A stretch of 64,000 nucleotides of DNA, taken from positions 25,360,001 to 25,424,000 of the forward strand of contig CM052816.1 of assembly GCA_028534125.1 (NCBI GenBank), written 5' to 3'. Position numbers and translations under genes: made by a program. How positions within the stretch are numbered: position 1 is the first letter of the stretch; every line of letters starts with the position of its first letter. The notes beneath the pieces were generated by a model. That model did not search any database. It was not told the DNA's origin and was given only the letters and a program-made list of their open reading frames with translations. The DNA is from Lama glama. Its lineage: Eukaryota. Of the stretch, positions 34,930-47,945 are shown in pieces.

Positions 34930-35618
34930 TACATTCTCAGTCTTACAATAGTAAAAAATTAGAATCAGCTGAGAGCCTATAAATAGAATTAATAAACAAA
35001 TTGTTCTATAATCATAACAGACATCTCTCTGAAATAAAAAAGAGCAAACTAGTGATATGGCCAACAATTTACTGACTGAAAGAAGTCTTACACAGCAGCA
35101 CATACTATGTGATACCATTTATATGATGTTCTAGAGAAAAAAAGTCTATGGTGGGAACAAAAATAAGAATAATGGTGGTTTCTGGAAGTCTGAGGGCAGT
35201 ATTGACTGGGCAGGGGCCCTAGGGAACTTTCTGGAGCGATGATCATGTTTGATAACTTGTTTATTATTAACTTGCATTTTTTCAAAACTCAGAATGCACA
35301 TTTAAGCTGTGTTCTTTTCATTGTATGTCTATTTTGCATCAAAAGAAAAAAACTACAAACGTTGAACTCTAATGATATGCATGATGAAGTATTTAGGGGA
35401 AAATATAGTAATGTCTGCTATGTACTTTGAAATGCACCAAAAAATAAAATGGATTGATTGATTGTGCAAGGGGATGGCTAGACAGATGGACAGATGGTAA
35501 AGCAAGTACAGTAAAATGTTCATGGTAGAATCCAGGTAATGAGTATACAGATGTTCAGTGTAATATTCTTTTAAGTTTGCTGCATGTTTGAATTTTTTGT
35601 AATAAAACATTGGAAGAA
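34930..35618 (+). mobile_element. L1ME1/L1ME2 3'UTR
   Basis: 'catactatgtgataccatttatatga', 'gggaactttctgg', 'gaagtatttagggg...gtctgc...tactttgaaatgcaccaaaaaataaaatggattgat', 'atgtttgaattttttgtaataaaacattgg'. Confidence 0.9.
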
Positions 35619-36684
35619 TGGAAAAGAGAAAAAATATTTATAAATCTACAGGTGATTTTCTCAAGAAATCTTAGCCTGATGATTTGCTATTTCGTAAGAT
35701 ATGTGAAGATGTCACAAAATAGTGTTCAAGTATCAACATTAGCCTCAGGGTGATTGAATTTAGTTCCTCATCATGCATATTTGAATTGTGAACCTTACTA
35801 AGCTAAAACACCAGAATGTCTTTTTTTTTAACTTAATACAAACATATTCTTTGACTTTTTACTTGAAGCATACCCCACTACTGATAGTGATTTTTTGAAA
35901 TTAGAAGCCAAAGATGAATAAAAACATTCTTAGTTGTGGAAATCCCCTAATAGCTCCTAATAAGTTTGTTTGGTTTTTAGCCAAGATTGGTGTTTGGCTT
36001 TTGGGGGGAAAAATTTTCATTCACTCTCTCTTTGGGAACAACCATCCAGAAGTCTTACAGGTTCTCCCTCCTGTCAGAAAAATCTGGTCATGGGGTTTTT
36101 CAACAATCAGTAAAAATACTTACACTGATTTATCTGGAGCCTGGTTTGTCTCAACATGATTCCTTCAAACACCTCATTACTAAGTTGCTGTTCAGTTTCC
36201 TGAAGGCTGTTGCCATCTGCAATTTTCATAGCTTTTAGAAAATGAAGGACAGTCCATATGTGGGCTGTAGGATGATTGATAGTAGAGTCAGATTTTTGCA
36301 GTTTGTGACAAGAATGACAACTCTCTCAAGACACTGTTCATCGTGAGCCAATTCAACATATCCTTCTAAATGTTTCTTTTGACCTAGATTTATCTGTTGC
36401 TGAATAAATGATCTTTCCATTTTGTCTTGTATAACGTCGGATCTTTATGCAGTGTTGTCTCTGACTTTTAAATCTCCTTGGCTGTTGCATTCCTGCAACT
36501 CTGCCCTGCAAGGTCAAGGATAGAGCTGTTTTAACAGTGACAGCAATCTGTGCCTTCAGTTTATACTGGCTTGTTATTGATGGAGTATAAACAGTGTGCA
36601 ATTGCTTTGCCATAAATTTCTCAAGATTGATCCTAGCAACATTTAGCTACACACACATTAAAAGCTAGGAAATTTGGTACAAAT

Positions 36685-36779
36685 CTACCACTACTACTAC
36701 CACCACCACTACCACTCCCACTACCACTGTCACTACTGCCACTACTACTACTGATGATGATGATGATGATGATGATGAT
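36685..36779. repeat. Compound trinucleotide microsatellite (CTA/CCA)n followed by (TGA)9
   Basis: Read directly; perfect (TGA)9 at 36752-36778. Confidence 0.95.
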
Positions 36780-37619
36780 AAAAATGCTATTTCATCTTTT
36801 ACTATCCATTATAGTTCATGCATTTTGATTGTTACCTAATCTATTATCTTTTCCTTTCCTTCAGTGTATGTATATCTAAAAGGGAATAGGAATTGATTTT
36901 GTATTTGCTATCCTTTCATCCCTTTTCTCCCAAATTTTCTGTGCCAGAGGGAGAGGTCTATTTGGACTAAGAAAAAAAGCCTCATCAAGCAGGAGAAATA
37001 GCCCCTAATTGTTATTTATGGTAAGATTTTTTTTTATAAGACAATCAGGATACCAAAGATGGATAATCTCAACATATGCTTCATTTAATCTCATTGTTGA
37101 AAGTCAGACTGGTTTAAAAAAAAGAAAGCCTGTTTTAACAGGAAGAGTAGGAACTTCTATACAGACTAGCTGAAATAGTATTCAGTCTCTATAAACAGCT
37201 TGTAATACATCCAAAAAGAAAAAAAAATTCCTTTTATCATTTTCACTAAAGCCATGTACCTTGAATATATAAATGAATCACATGGGCTCCTTATCTTTAT
37301 TCTATCCTTTATTCTTTTTCCTTGTTTGTAAATAGGAGTTTTTATTTTAGAAAAAACTGCATGATTTTTCTGATTTGTTTCATACCAAGTATAATATATC
37401 TGTGCCTGCCATTTTCATATGCATTCACACAAATCTTCTATTCATTTAGCCATCTGGAGTAAAGAGACTTTCTTGTCTGCAGTGTTTCATATATTGGAGA
37501 CTTCAGTTTTGTCTGACTGTTTCACTGTAATCTGATTTTTTCCTTGTCCATGGTATATGTTACCATTTATTGTTGTTAATTCTATACCCCGCAATAAAGT
37601 TTGTTTTCATGTCAAAACA

Positions 37620-37750
37620 TTTTAGAACTAGAAGGGACCTTAGAAACACCTCATACAAAACTCTTCTAGTTATAAAGAATGAGACCCAGAGCCATAAAGT
37701 CACACCTGGAACCCACATACCCTGACTACCAGTCTAGGTCTTTTCTTGTT
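37620..37750 (-). mobile_element. MIR3/MIRc fragment
   Basis: 'tttagaactagaagggaccttagaaacacctcat...tgagacccagag...aagtcacac...ggaaccca...cctgactaccagtc'. Confidence 0.65.
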
Positions 37751-37972
37751 GCAGGGCTGTATAAGATCTTAAACTATTCTGATTCCACGCCTGCTGTCTT
37801 TAATCTATAAGTAAGGCAATTATTAATTTTCTGTAGATAAAAGAGTTGAGTTATGTACACTAGGATTTTAAAGAGTATTCTGGGAGTTTATTTTTCTCAT
37901 GGAGTCCAAGAGCATAATTTGGAAGCTACTTATTTAGTATTTGAAAGGCGCTGTATAATGGTCACACGTGCG

Positions 37973-38003
37973 CTCTCTCTCTCTCACACACACACACATA
38001 CAC
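37973..38003. repeat. (CT)n(CA)n dinucleotide repeat
   Basis: 'ctctctctctctcacacacacacacatacac'. Confidence 0.9.
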
Positions 38004-38037
38004 CCCTCTATCTTTTTCTCCCTCTTCTTTCCCTCCC

Positions 38038-38345
38038 ACTTGCCAGGTACTGTATTAAACACTAAAGATACAATGATAGATGAGGCGTAGACTCTGCTAT
38101 AAGGAGCACATGCTTCTTAAGGAAGACAGAAAAGTAAACCCATATGATGTTTGAACTCAGCTTTACTGAATGAGGTGCCTGCAGCACTAGTAAGGAGAAA
38201 GGAGAATTTGCACAATGATCTGGGAATGCTTCCTGAAGGAGGTCATCCTTAAACTGAATCTCCAAGGATGAGGAGGAATTAGCACATAAAGGACAGAAGA
38301 TATATCTTGGTGGATAAATATGATTGGCAGCAACCAGGTGCCAAG
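38038..38345 (-). mobile_element. L2 LINE fragment
   Basis: 'tgccaggtactgtattaaacactaaagatacaatgat', 'tctgggaatgcttcctgaaggaggtcatccttaaactgaatctccaaggatgag'. Confidence 0.8.
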
Positions 38346-39459
38346 CCAATAAATTTCCTTTTTATATTCAATTGAATAGTATCAAAAGGTATTCATTGCC
38401 ATGTTTGCTATCACAAGTATATTCACTATATTTACCTTGTTCTCATCAAATATATGTAAGTAGCAGCTGATACTGGAAAAGATGAGGGAAGAGACACAAA
38501 GTTGAGAGAATAGAGAGTTACCAAGTATCAAGTTAGTAGTTCTAAAACCCTCAATCACCTCCATCCCTTTCTAGGTCTCTAATCTTGAAAATAGTGTGTA
38601 ACTTCTCTGAACATTAGCCTACTCAAGCTTTAATTGAGAGAGAATAGTATTTTTACCTCTTCACAACCTAATGGTGAATATCAAATGACAAATAAGGAAG
38701 TACTATAGAAAGTATGTAGCATTACAATGACACAGCTATTGTTATCTACATAGAGTGTACATGTAACAGCTCTCAGTGTGTACCGGCAGTGCTAATGTTT
38801 ATCTGTACATCCTGGGAATGGAGGGGGCCTATGCTGTGTACCACACTGATAACACATGTCTGTTTAGTACATAGGATTTGTACTTTTCCTTTACAGTTCT
38901 TTTCACACTTGTAATACTTAGTATGTTTTTTCTATTAGATCTGAGATTATCTTATTCACCTCTGTCTTCTCTGCACCTAATAAATTGCCTCAGAATATGC
39001 TGAAACTGGAAACTAATCCTAATGAGTAAAGAATGAAATTTTTAAGCCTGAATTATAGAACTAAGTGATCAGTTTTCACTAGCTCTAGAGATATAGTTTT
39101 TTGTGTATTGTACACAACACAATATTTGATTGCAGAAGTTAATTTCCAGTGGGTTTTTTCAGATGGTCCTTTGGGCCAACTGTGATCCTTTTTGAACATG
39201 CTTAAGAATATCCATAGCCACATCCCATTACTCCAGGATATTTGCTAGGTGCCAGTATAGACATAGGGCATGGAATTAGATCCTGTGCAGAGACACAAGA
39301 AGTATCCAGTAGGCATTTCCTATCCTATTTAAAGTTACCTGACCATACAAAGCAACATATGCCTAAGAGAGCAATGAGAGATTCAGGCCAAAACAGTGCA
39401 CTGGTTTAAAGGCAGGGGAGATGTGGGCTACTTAGAGAATGAGTTCATAGAAGATTATA

Positions 39460-39680
39460 ATTCTAGCTAACATTTTTTGAATGCTTGCCAAGGCATCATT
39501 GTTCTAAGTTTTTCATATATATTAACTCGTTGAATTCCTACAACAACACTTGAGTTAGGTGCCATTCTACACTCATTTTAAATCCAGGAAAACTGTAGCT
39601 GAGTCAGGTTAAATAACTTGCTAACAGAGCTGAGTCTGAACCTTTAGTGTCCCAGTGCCTTCGTTCATAATTCCTATCCT
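39460..39680 (-). mobile_element. MIR SINE
   Basis: 'tagctaacattttttgaatgcttgcc...ttctaag...tatattaactc...aacaac...ggaaaactgtagctgagtcaggttaaataacttgc'. Confidence 0.8.
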
Positions 39681-40279
39681 TTGCCTCTTCCAATAGAATG
39701 TTCAGAGCCCAGTGAGATGTGGCCATTTAGAGAAAAGGCCCTTAGTGAAGGGGTGGGGGAAGAGTAAGAGCAAAGGCACGTAAGTGTGATAAGGACAGCC
39801 CAGTCAGAACATGGCATTCCCACTGAAGAATAGGGAAAGTCTCTTCTGGAAACTTCTGATGAGCTCACCTATGAAGCCTTAAGTGATAAGCTGAATAATT
39901 AGACTGTATTATTTGGGCAGTGAAGACTGGTGATCATGTTTTCGGTGGAGCTTGAAAACATTAGCACAGTGATTTGCAATAGGATCTGTACCTTCTGGCC
40001 TTTTTGAGGCAAACTTTATTTTTCCAGAAAGAAGAGTGTGCCTATATCTGAAAACTTTGCTGTTTTCACCAGTCTCACCAGCACTCAACTGCACTCTGTA
40101 GCAGCCTCTGATTTCCACTTGGACATCCATGAGTTTCCTAGGCTAAGCCGATCAATGACTTGGAATCCTCCAAAAAGAGAGATGTCAAATTTGCATTAAT
40201 ATTAGGACTTCACCTGAGGTCTTTAGACAAAGGATAGAGTAGGGGTGTGGGCAGGAGCTGGCCTAGGAAGGAGTCCAAC

Positions 40280-40473
40280 ACACAAGGCAGAGCATGAGAA
40301 TAGCAAATAGAGTTCAAACCCTCAATGATACCACTGACCTCAGAATCCCACATGCCTGAAGCCCATCCAACTTCTGGACTTTTCAGATGTGTGAACCACT
40401 ACATTCTTTTTGCTACTGAAACCAGTTAGCATAGGCTTTCTATTCATTTCAATAACAATCACCCTAAGTAATC
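40280..40473 (+). mobile_element. MLT1J/K-type LTR 3' part
   Basis: 'catgcctgaagcc...ctggacttttcagatgtgtgaacc...aaccagtt...ccctaagtaat'. Confidence 0.7.
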
Positions 40474-42689
40474 TGTTGGCCAATGCTAAGGATTTCCCCT
40501 TGGTTTTAGGACATAGAAAAGTTCTACCTGAGCTAGGTGACACTGCACATATTATCTCCCTTTTTTATGCTCCCTCTTTGTGACCTCATCACCAGGACAA
40601 ATCCCAGTGATTTTTCATAGTTCAGCTCTGAAGCCTCAAATCCCAAGTCAGTATCTTCTTTCCCAGGACTCCTAAAGTCCCTGCAATCTGGAGCTTGTAA
40701 AGCCCTGGGTGACCAAGAAATGGCGGTATATCATACCGAGGGCTTTGATATCAAAGTACCCAGTGAAGGCCTCATCCTGTTCAAATGACAAATTAAAATG
40801 AATCCCAGAGCTTTATTCTCTAAAAACATACGACATGTTTTCTTTTCGAACCTTTCGTTGTACTGTCTTCAGAATCAAGCTCTCTAAAGAATGTTATTAT
40901 ACCTTGAGCTTTTTGACACGTTTCCTAATAATTTGAAGCTTCTGACATTTATACAATAAAAGATGGCACTTCTGGAAAAAAATCAATGAATCTTTTTGGC
41001 AATCGTCTAACTCTGTAGAGATTAAATTCACTTCCCAGACATTGCTCTTCCATATCAAATACAGAGTCCCACAGTATAATTAAGATAGTTGTAGAACCAT
41101 ATATTTTATGCCTTCACTGTCTGCTTTCAGCTACCTTGCGAAGTTCAGAAATAATACGGAGGCTGTGTCTTAACTAGGGTAGATACATTTGCTAAGCAGA
41201 ATGGGATGAGCAAGAGCTAGGTAAAGGAATAAAATAAATCCACCAGAAAACCAAGAATGTCTGCATTCCTTCTGATATAGAAACCTTGCTGATAAAAAAA
41301 ATAAAAGAAAAGAAAAGGCTCACCTCCAGTTACAATTCCCAGGAGACTGGCAGCCATTACCCCCTATTGAGTTGGTACTTACCATATAGAGCCTGAACAA
41401 TTCATACAGGAAAATAAACCATAACATTCCTGTTTATTATTACTTTAGCTGAGAGGTGGTGACATTAAACAGTTCTGCACTGCTGCTATCAATCAGCAGG
41501 CTGGGGAATGTTCTCAGCATGGGACTAGGACTCCTTGGAAACCATGCTCATCAAAGCAACCAGCTGTCAGAATTCTTCAAATTAAACTGTTATTACAGTA
41601 GTATTCATTAGTCAGTTACTGACTATTAAGATATTTTTATATCAGCACCATTGACGTTGGCTGTTGCTTTTTAACATGCAAGTTACAGATAAACATGATT
41701 CAGTGGCTCATGTGAGGCTGACAGACTCTATTAGAACTTGGTGTCCCTTGTCTAACGGCTGCAAGAAAGGGCTCCTGTCTTCTCCATGCACGTGTGAATT
41801 CCTCTGGGAAGTCGGATGTTTGTTCTGCTGGTTGGAGTGGGGAGAAGGGGAGTAATAATATATTTCAACACTAGGGTTTGCCCAGCAAAGTGATAGCTCA
41901 ACATCAGAAATTATAACTCTTAAAGCTGTTCCTGAGCCCCTGATGACAGTGGTTTATGCTTCTCCAGCTTGATGGTTTGGATTTCCTTTTTGTCTGAGTT
42001 GCTGGGCATGTTTTTAACTCTTTCCTGAAATCCAAACTCAAACAAATGATGTCAGATGGGGTGTATGGAGAGATAAGGAGGAAAATCAGTATACAAGTTC
42101 TGGTAGGAGAAAAAATAGGACAAGCCTTGGGTTCTTATTAACTTCAGTAGTATCCTTGGCATTTGGAGATGTTCTTAAGTGTCAGTTTTTAGTTTCAAGG
42201 CAAATTTAACCTAAATAGTTTTACTTCAACTAGAAAAAAAAATGTGTGTTAAATACTCACTAGCCACGAAAGAGTGATGTATTACTTACACACATAGCAC
42301 AAACTCATTCGTACATAGAAACCACAGACCGTCTCGGTTTCCCTCCCCTCATGTTAATCCTCATACAGTGTCTAGAATTCTGGTCTCTTTAGTGTAAATG
42401 GAGAATATTTAGTCCAGATTGTTTATTTTGTAGATGAAGAAAATGAGATTCAATGCATTAGGTAACTGGTGTCAGCCTTAATTTTGTTTACCCCCTATTT
42501 TCAGAAACATCTGGGAGTTTCCATTCCACCTAGTAGACAAGCCATTTCCTAGTCCTCACATGCATGAAGATGCCAACAGACGGTAAACAGCCCACCTTTG
42601 CTTCTGCTGCAAGGAAGTGTGGGACTAGTTATTTTCTCTGACCCAGAATCTGAGGTCCCCAGGGTTCACCACAGGGGTCAAGTATGAGT

Positions 42690-42916
42690 TGGTGTGAGGG
42701 AGCTAGTATGAACCATTGACATCCTGTTACTAGTGTGTGAAAGTATGAAGTTTTCAGGAATTTTGCCAGTCATTGATGTCATGTTAATAGCTTGAAATGG
42801 GTTATGGTGATACAGACTATTTACACCTGGAAATTGACAAACGCTACAAATTGAGCAGTGTTGGTGGTGGTTTCTTTTGGAAATATGTTTGCTATCCATT
42901 CATCAGCACATGACTG
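42690..42916. mobile_element. MER63 (hAT-Blackjack) element
   Basis: 'gatgtcatgttaatagcttgaaatggg...atggtg...tatttacacctggaaattgacaaacgctacaaat...cagcacatgactg' matches remembered MER63A. Confidence 0.85.
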
Positions 42917-43339
42917 GTTTGCTGCTGTGTCTTCTTTGCTGCCTCCACAACACAGGAGAGTGTACCCTGCTGATGAGCCTTGCCACAGCCACCCCTCATG
43001 AATTCATTCATTAACCCCTGGCTGAACTGCCAGATTCCAGGTGCTTTGGCCACCTCCTACCATTGTGCAGAACAAGTCAAAACTAAAATTCAGCTCATGC
43101 CTTTCTTGGACACCTCACTTAAAGCCTGCGTCTGTCTGGAAGAAGGAACATGTTTTTCTATATCTCTCAAAGGGACTCATAGAGTTGTGGGGGTTAGGAG
43201 TTGGATCTGCAGCCCTGTGTCTGTCAAGAGGGCAATTTTTTCTTACTTTCCTAGAGAGACCTGCAGGCCAACAGTGGTACTTCGTATGTACTGGGAACAC
43301 AGCAGTGAGCATGTCAGAGTTGTGATTTCACAGCTTACC

Positions 43340-43800
43340 CTCTAGGAAGGGGACAGTGAACGTGATGATCTGAGAAAGTGATGGCGCCAAGGAGATGGAA
43401 AGAGATAGACAGTAGGAGCAAGAGAGGTAGGGAGCTTCTTTGGGTCACGAGTTCAGGACAGGCCTCTCTGTGATCTTGGAAGAGAGCACTCCAGACAGAG
43501 AGAACAACAGCAAATGCCCAGAGTCAAGGGTGAGCTTGTATTACTCAAGAACCAAAGACACCCAGCCTAGCTGGAGGAGCAGAAGACACAGAGAAGGGTA
43601 TGAGATGGGAACAGTGAGATAAGCAGGGGCCTTTTGTGTCCATGGAATGGAATTTGGATTTTATTCTGTGTGTAGTGAGACACTACTGGAATGTTTTAAA
43701 CAGGGAGGTGATTTGCATTTTTAAAAAGATCACTCAAGCTTCTGTATGGAAATTAGATTGTAAGGAAACAAGCACACACGAGAGACCAGTTACAAGACTG
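43340..43800 (-). mobile_element. L2 LINE fragment
   Basis: 'caggcctctctg', 'tccagacagagagaacaacagcaaatgcc', 'gaatttggattttattct', 'ttttaaacagggag...tttgcatttttaaaaagatcactc', 'gagaccagtta'. Confidence 0.85.
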
Positions 43801-44189
43801 AATGCTGCTCTCCTACACCTGAGTGCACACCTCCCCGGATGGGCCTCTTGGTGTTTTCATTTTTATTGATTTTAGAATCCTGCTTCTGAAGCCCAGCCCA
43901 AACCTCCTGAGTCAATTACCACTCACCAGCTCAAGGAACCAACTTCTACCTCTGTAACATTTCGTTTTCCTTGAATTGGCTCTCAGTTACTCTATTAACA
44001 ACATATCATGATGTATTCCCTGAGATGATTTAAAAGATAATTTAAGGAGCACAGGACAGTGGAAACAGAGCATCAAGACAAAGGAAAAATATGCCTGTTA
44101 CATGTCAAAATTGGTTTCAGTTTGAGACCTCATGCTGGAATTATGATGAAATAATAACCCTTGCAGGGTGGAGGGTGTCTTTTCTAAGC

Positions 44190-44360
44190 CAGTGGCTCTG
44201 AGTTCTGGAAGCATGTTGGTGCACCTGAAGGACTTTTAAAAATACCTATGACTGGGTGTAGCCCCAAGAGTTTCTGATTTCATTGGAAAAATTAAGACAT
44301 TGGAGTGTTTTCAAAGCTGCCCAGATCATTCTAATGGATAACCATGGTTGAATATTATAC
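44190..44360. mobile_element. MER5A-type hAT-Charlie element
   Basis: 'cagtggctct...cacctgaaggacttttaaaaatacctatg...agtttctgatttcattgg...aaagctgcccagatcattctaat'; degenerate flanks ttctaagc/ttctaaat. Confidence 0.8.
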
Positions 44361-45374
44361 TTCTAAATGTCTGGGCACTTGGCCAGGACAAAAGGAAAAT
44401 GAAGAAGAACTCTGCCTGGAGCAGTATCGGCATCACCTTTCACCCTTGAGCCTGGAATGATACATAGTGGCTCCATTTTTTTCCCCATGAAGGATGGACA
44501 GTTCATTTTACAATTTAGGCCCCAAATAGCAAAAGAGGGTATTTCTAGGACTTAGGGCGGGAACTAAGTATAGACGAAACACAGATGTAAGCCGTCTCAA
44601 AATACTTGATTTCTAGAAGTGAATGTTGGCTAAACAGAGATTGACTCTACTTTGCTCTTGTCCACTGTAAGACACAGATCTGAAGTGAAGTAATGGGAGT
44701 GTGCTCCCCTGTAAACCCATCTCCACTCAGGTCCAAGCGTGTGTACTGTGCTTCCTCCTCAGAGAAAATACGGTGGGGCAGAGAGGCTTAGAAACTGGGC
44801 AAATTGGAAACCAGATGTTGGAAAATCCGGAAACTTAGGAGGTTGAAGAGAAAAAAATGCCAAACATATTTTTCTTTCCCCTTCTTTCTGGAGCAGAAGT
44901 ACTATATACTGTATCAGGGCTTCCAGGGAGGAATTTCAAGTGGAATGTGGAGGGACCCCTGACTAAGAATGCCTTCCTGGAATGAACTGGCAATGACATG
45001 GACGAGAGGGTCAGCAGAATGTAGGACGGGAGAAGCGAGAGCCATCTTGGGTTAGAAGCACGTGGCCCCAGCTGTCAGCAAATTGCCTTGTGAGGGAGAA
45101 GACAACTCTTTCTTTCCCTTCCACCTCTCTCTTGAAAGCATTGCAGAAAGACTGACTTGCAAGTGACATTTTCTTCACTTCTCCTTTGTCAGATCAGGAC
45201 ATTCAGGAACAATTCCTGTCTGCTTCCATGTTTATGTAAGAGCTCATTTGTCATGGTGATTCAGAAGAAAAAGGCTTTGGAACATTTTTTTGATGGGGGC
45301 GGTTTTTGTTTTGTTTTGTTTTTTGTTCTTTAATTTGCAGAGGGATTTTGAGATTGCTGCAGAGTGGACCTGCC

Positions 45375-45389
45375 TCCCCCCCCCCCCCC
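45375..45389. repeat. Poly(C) tract
   Basis: Uninterrupted C run, read directly. Confidence 0.9.
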
Positions 45390-47334
45390 ATGGAGTAAAC
45401 ATTTGGGGAAATGGACCAAGGAAATAGAAACTAGTATTTTCTACCTGCTGCAACCCTCTCAGCCTGGTTATTTTCAGCATTTAAACACCTTGCTTCTACT
45501 TAAACAACAATTTTGTGCAGAACTCCACTTTCCATTATCAAATCGCTGTCATTGCTTGAGGGACAAAATGGCTTCTTCTCAACAAATCTAGATTTTCACC
45601 ATTTCCAATTAGTAACTAACCTCCTGTCAAACTAGTGGCAAAGCAGTGGCACCCAGAAGATTTTATAAGGTCTATGAATGCTTTGCAGTATGTTTCTTTT
45701 TCATTTCTAAAACTCTCACCATGATTCTCTTTAAAGTTCCATCAGATTGCTTTTCCAAGTTTTTGTGAAATCCATGTCATTATGAAGAGATGATGTATTT
45801 ACAAATGACTGGTAGACATCTATATTCTGCCCCTCCATTCAGTGTATATGGGTCTTTCTCTTTGTTTTCTTTTGAGTCTCAAAGACCAAAACAAAGATAA
45901 AATTGAACACAAAGCAGTCCCTCTTTGCTGAAGGTTGGAATGATATCAGAGGCAGTGAAACCGGTTATCTGTGAGGGAGGCTATTTGAATCCTGCCGCCT
46001 CATTGGTTTCCTGTTGTAAAGGTTGCTTTGGCCTTTTTGCACACTTGGAGAAAACCTTATTCATTGCGTTGTCACATCTGTGAAATAGAGCTCTTTGATG
46101 ACAATGCTGCTGTGAAATAGGAGGTAACCTTTGCTTCACTATCAGGCAACTGGGGAAGTGTGGTCATGTCTCGGGGCTAAGAGTGATGTCATTGAAAGGC
46201 AAAACTGTTAAAAGAGAAACCAAACAGAAAAGAGTGCACTCTCACTGTTTTCCCCCCAGTAGGAAGACATTCCGTCGGGAACAAATGTCATGGCTGGCTT
46301 GGGTTACTCCTGGAGTTACAATGTTGTACTGGAACAAAAAGTGTTGATAGCTGCTAAGAAACTAAATTGTGACATAAAAGCAAGTATGTCACGAAGTAGT
46401 TATCTGTCCTCTCTTTTTGGTCTATTGCCTGAAGCAGAACTTTATCCCTATCAATAAAACACCAAGCAGAGGACAAAACTGATGAAAGTTGATGTTGAAG
46501 AATTTAGTTCAGTTTTCCAAATTAGTAACCTTTCTAAACATCAACTCCTAGCACAGAGTTTGAGTTGGTACTTGGCTTACTCTTTCCTTAACATGAAATG
46601 GAAGCAGTTCTTCTTTTGGGGGACGCCTTAGTGACTATTAAAAACTACCAGAAATGTTCTTTATACCCCGCCTTATTCTGAAATGATCACTTTTCTTAAG
46701 TGTGTGCTATATTCTTGAGATCATTATTAAAGACATGTTGAACTATTGCTCTTACCAGCAACATGGGCAGGTACTATTTTACCACCTTTCCAGCTGCCAG
46801 TTCCATTTTCTGAGGGTCACTTCTGACTCTAGGCAACTCTGGCATCTTTAATGATTTATTATTCACTCTGTGGTTTGTCTGGATCCTTTATTCCTTTTCT
46901 TTCTCTCACCCACTGTAGTGTCTTTTCCTCACTCTTTACTCTTATCTATGCCAAGTGGAAGTCAAGGATATGAGACTCAAGCCAACCGGCATTTCTCCTT
47001 GGAAATGGGTTTGGCAGAGGACTTGATGGGTGAGGAAGTACTGGGAATTCTTGGCTAAAATGTGGTTTTAGGATTTTCCATGGATTTTTTTGTTTTCTCT
47101 GCTCTTACTCTTTCCCATCCAAACTTATAATTGAAGTATAACTGTTTCATGTATCTGCATCTGGACACAATGCAGTCTATTTTTGCAGTATGACTGTAAA
47201 GACATTTGGAATGGTGGAACATCTGGTGGAAAAGAGAGGTTTTGATACTTGTCTAAACTTTGAATGTTGTGATTTTTATTTTTCTATCCAGTGTTTGTAA
47301 AAGAGTAAGATTTTCCACATTGTTGATATAAATT

Positions 47335-47495
47335 GTGTATTGAAATCATATGGAGATCTTTTTTTCAAAGCATACATATGTCATGTCCAAGCCTGGAAAT
47401 TCTAATTCAGTAGTCTGTGGCCGGGGATCAGGCATGTGTGCTTTCTAGAACTTTCCAGGTGATTCTGAACTAGACTTCTAGCTGAGAACCAATGG
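47335..47495. mobile_element. MER5-family element
   Basis: 'attctaattcagtagtctgtggccggggatcaggcatgtgtgctttctagaactttccaggtgattctga...tgagaaccaatg'. Confidence 0.75.
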
Positions 47496-47799
47496 AGTAA
47501 AGACAAATTTTTTTTTTATGTTTTCTTTGATTGTCTTTTTAAATGTAGCTACTTCTTTATCTCCTATCCATTTTTGAAAGAATCCTCTGGTGCTTATTTA
47601 AATAATTTTCATTTATGTTTCATATTTCCATGGATGATATTTTTAAATGATCCGCTCCATGAAGTTGCACATGGAAATCCTGATTGCTGCATTCACTTAG
47701 TCAGCCGAAGTAGATTTCTCAATCTCACCAATTAGAGAACAGAGATAGGAATACCTGTTGTCCAATGCTTAAGTTTTAAATGACACACTATATAGTAAA

Positions 47800-47945
47800 C
47801 CAGAGATTATGTTATGAGTCAGAAATGTGGGTTCTGATCACATCTGCGCCCTCGACTCTAGGGCTCAGTATCTGCACTCGTTAAATGTCGGGTTGGTTTA
47901 GGTGAGTCCTCGGCTCCCTTCTGGCTTCAGCGTGATGTGATCCTA
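47800..47945 (+). mobile_element. MIR3/MIRc fragment
   Basis: 'gagtcagaaatgtgggttct...ctctagggctcagtatctgcactcgttaaatg...gggttggtttaggtga...ctcccttctggct'. Confidence 0.6.

Noticed and set aside
42980..43345. Longest ORF (121 aa)
   Set aside because: TTG start, overlapping ORFs in other frames and no known motif; within chance expectation.
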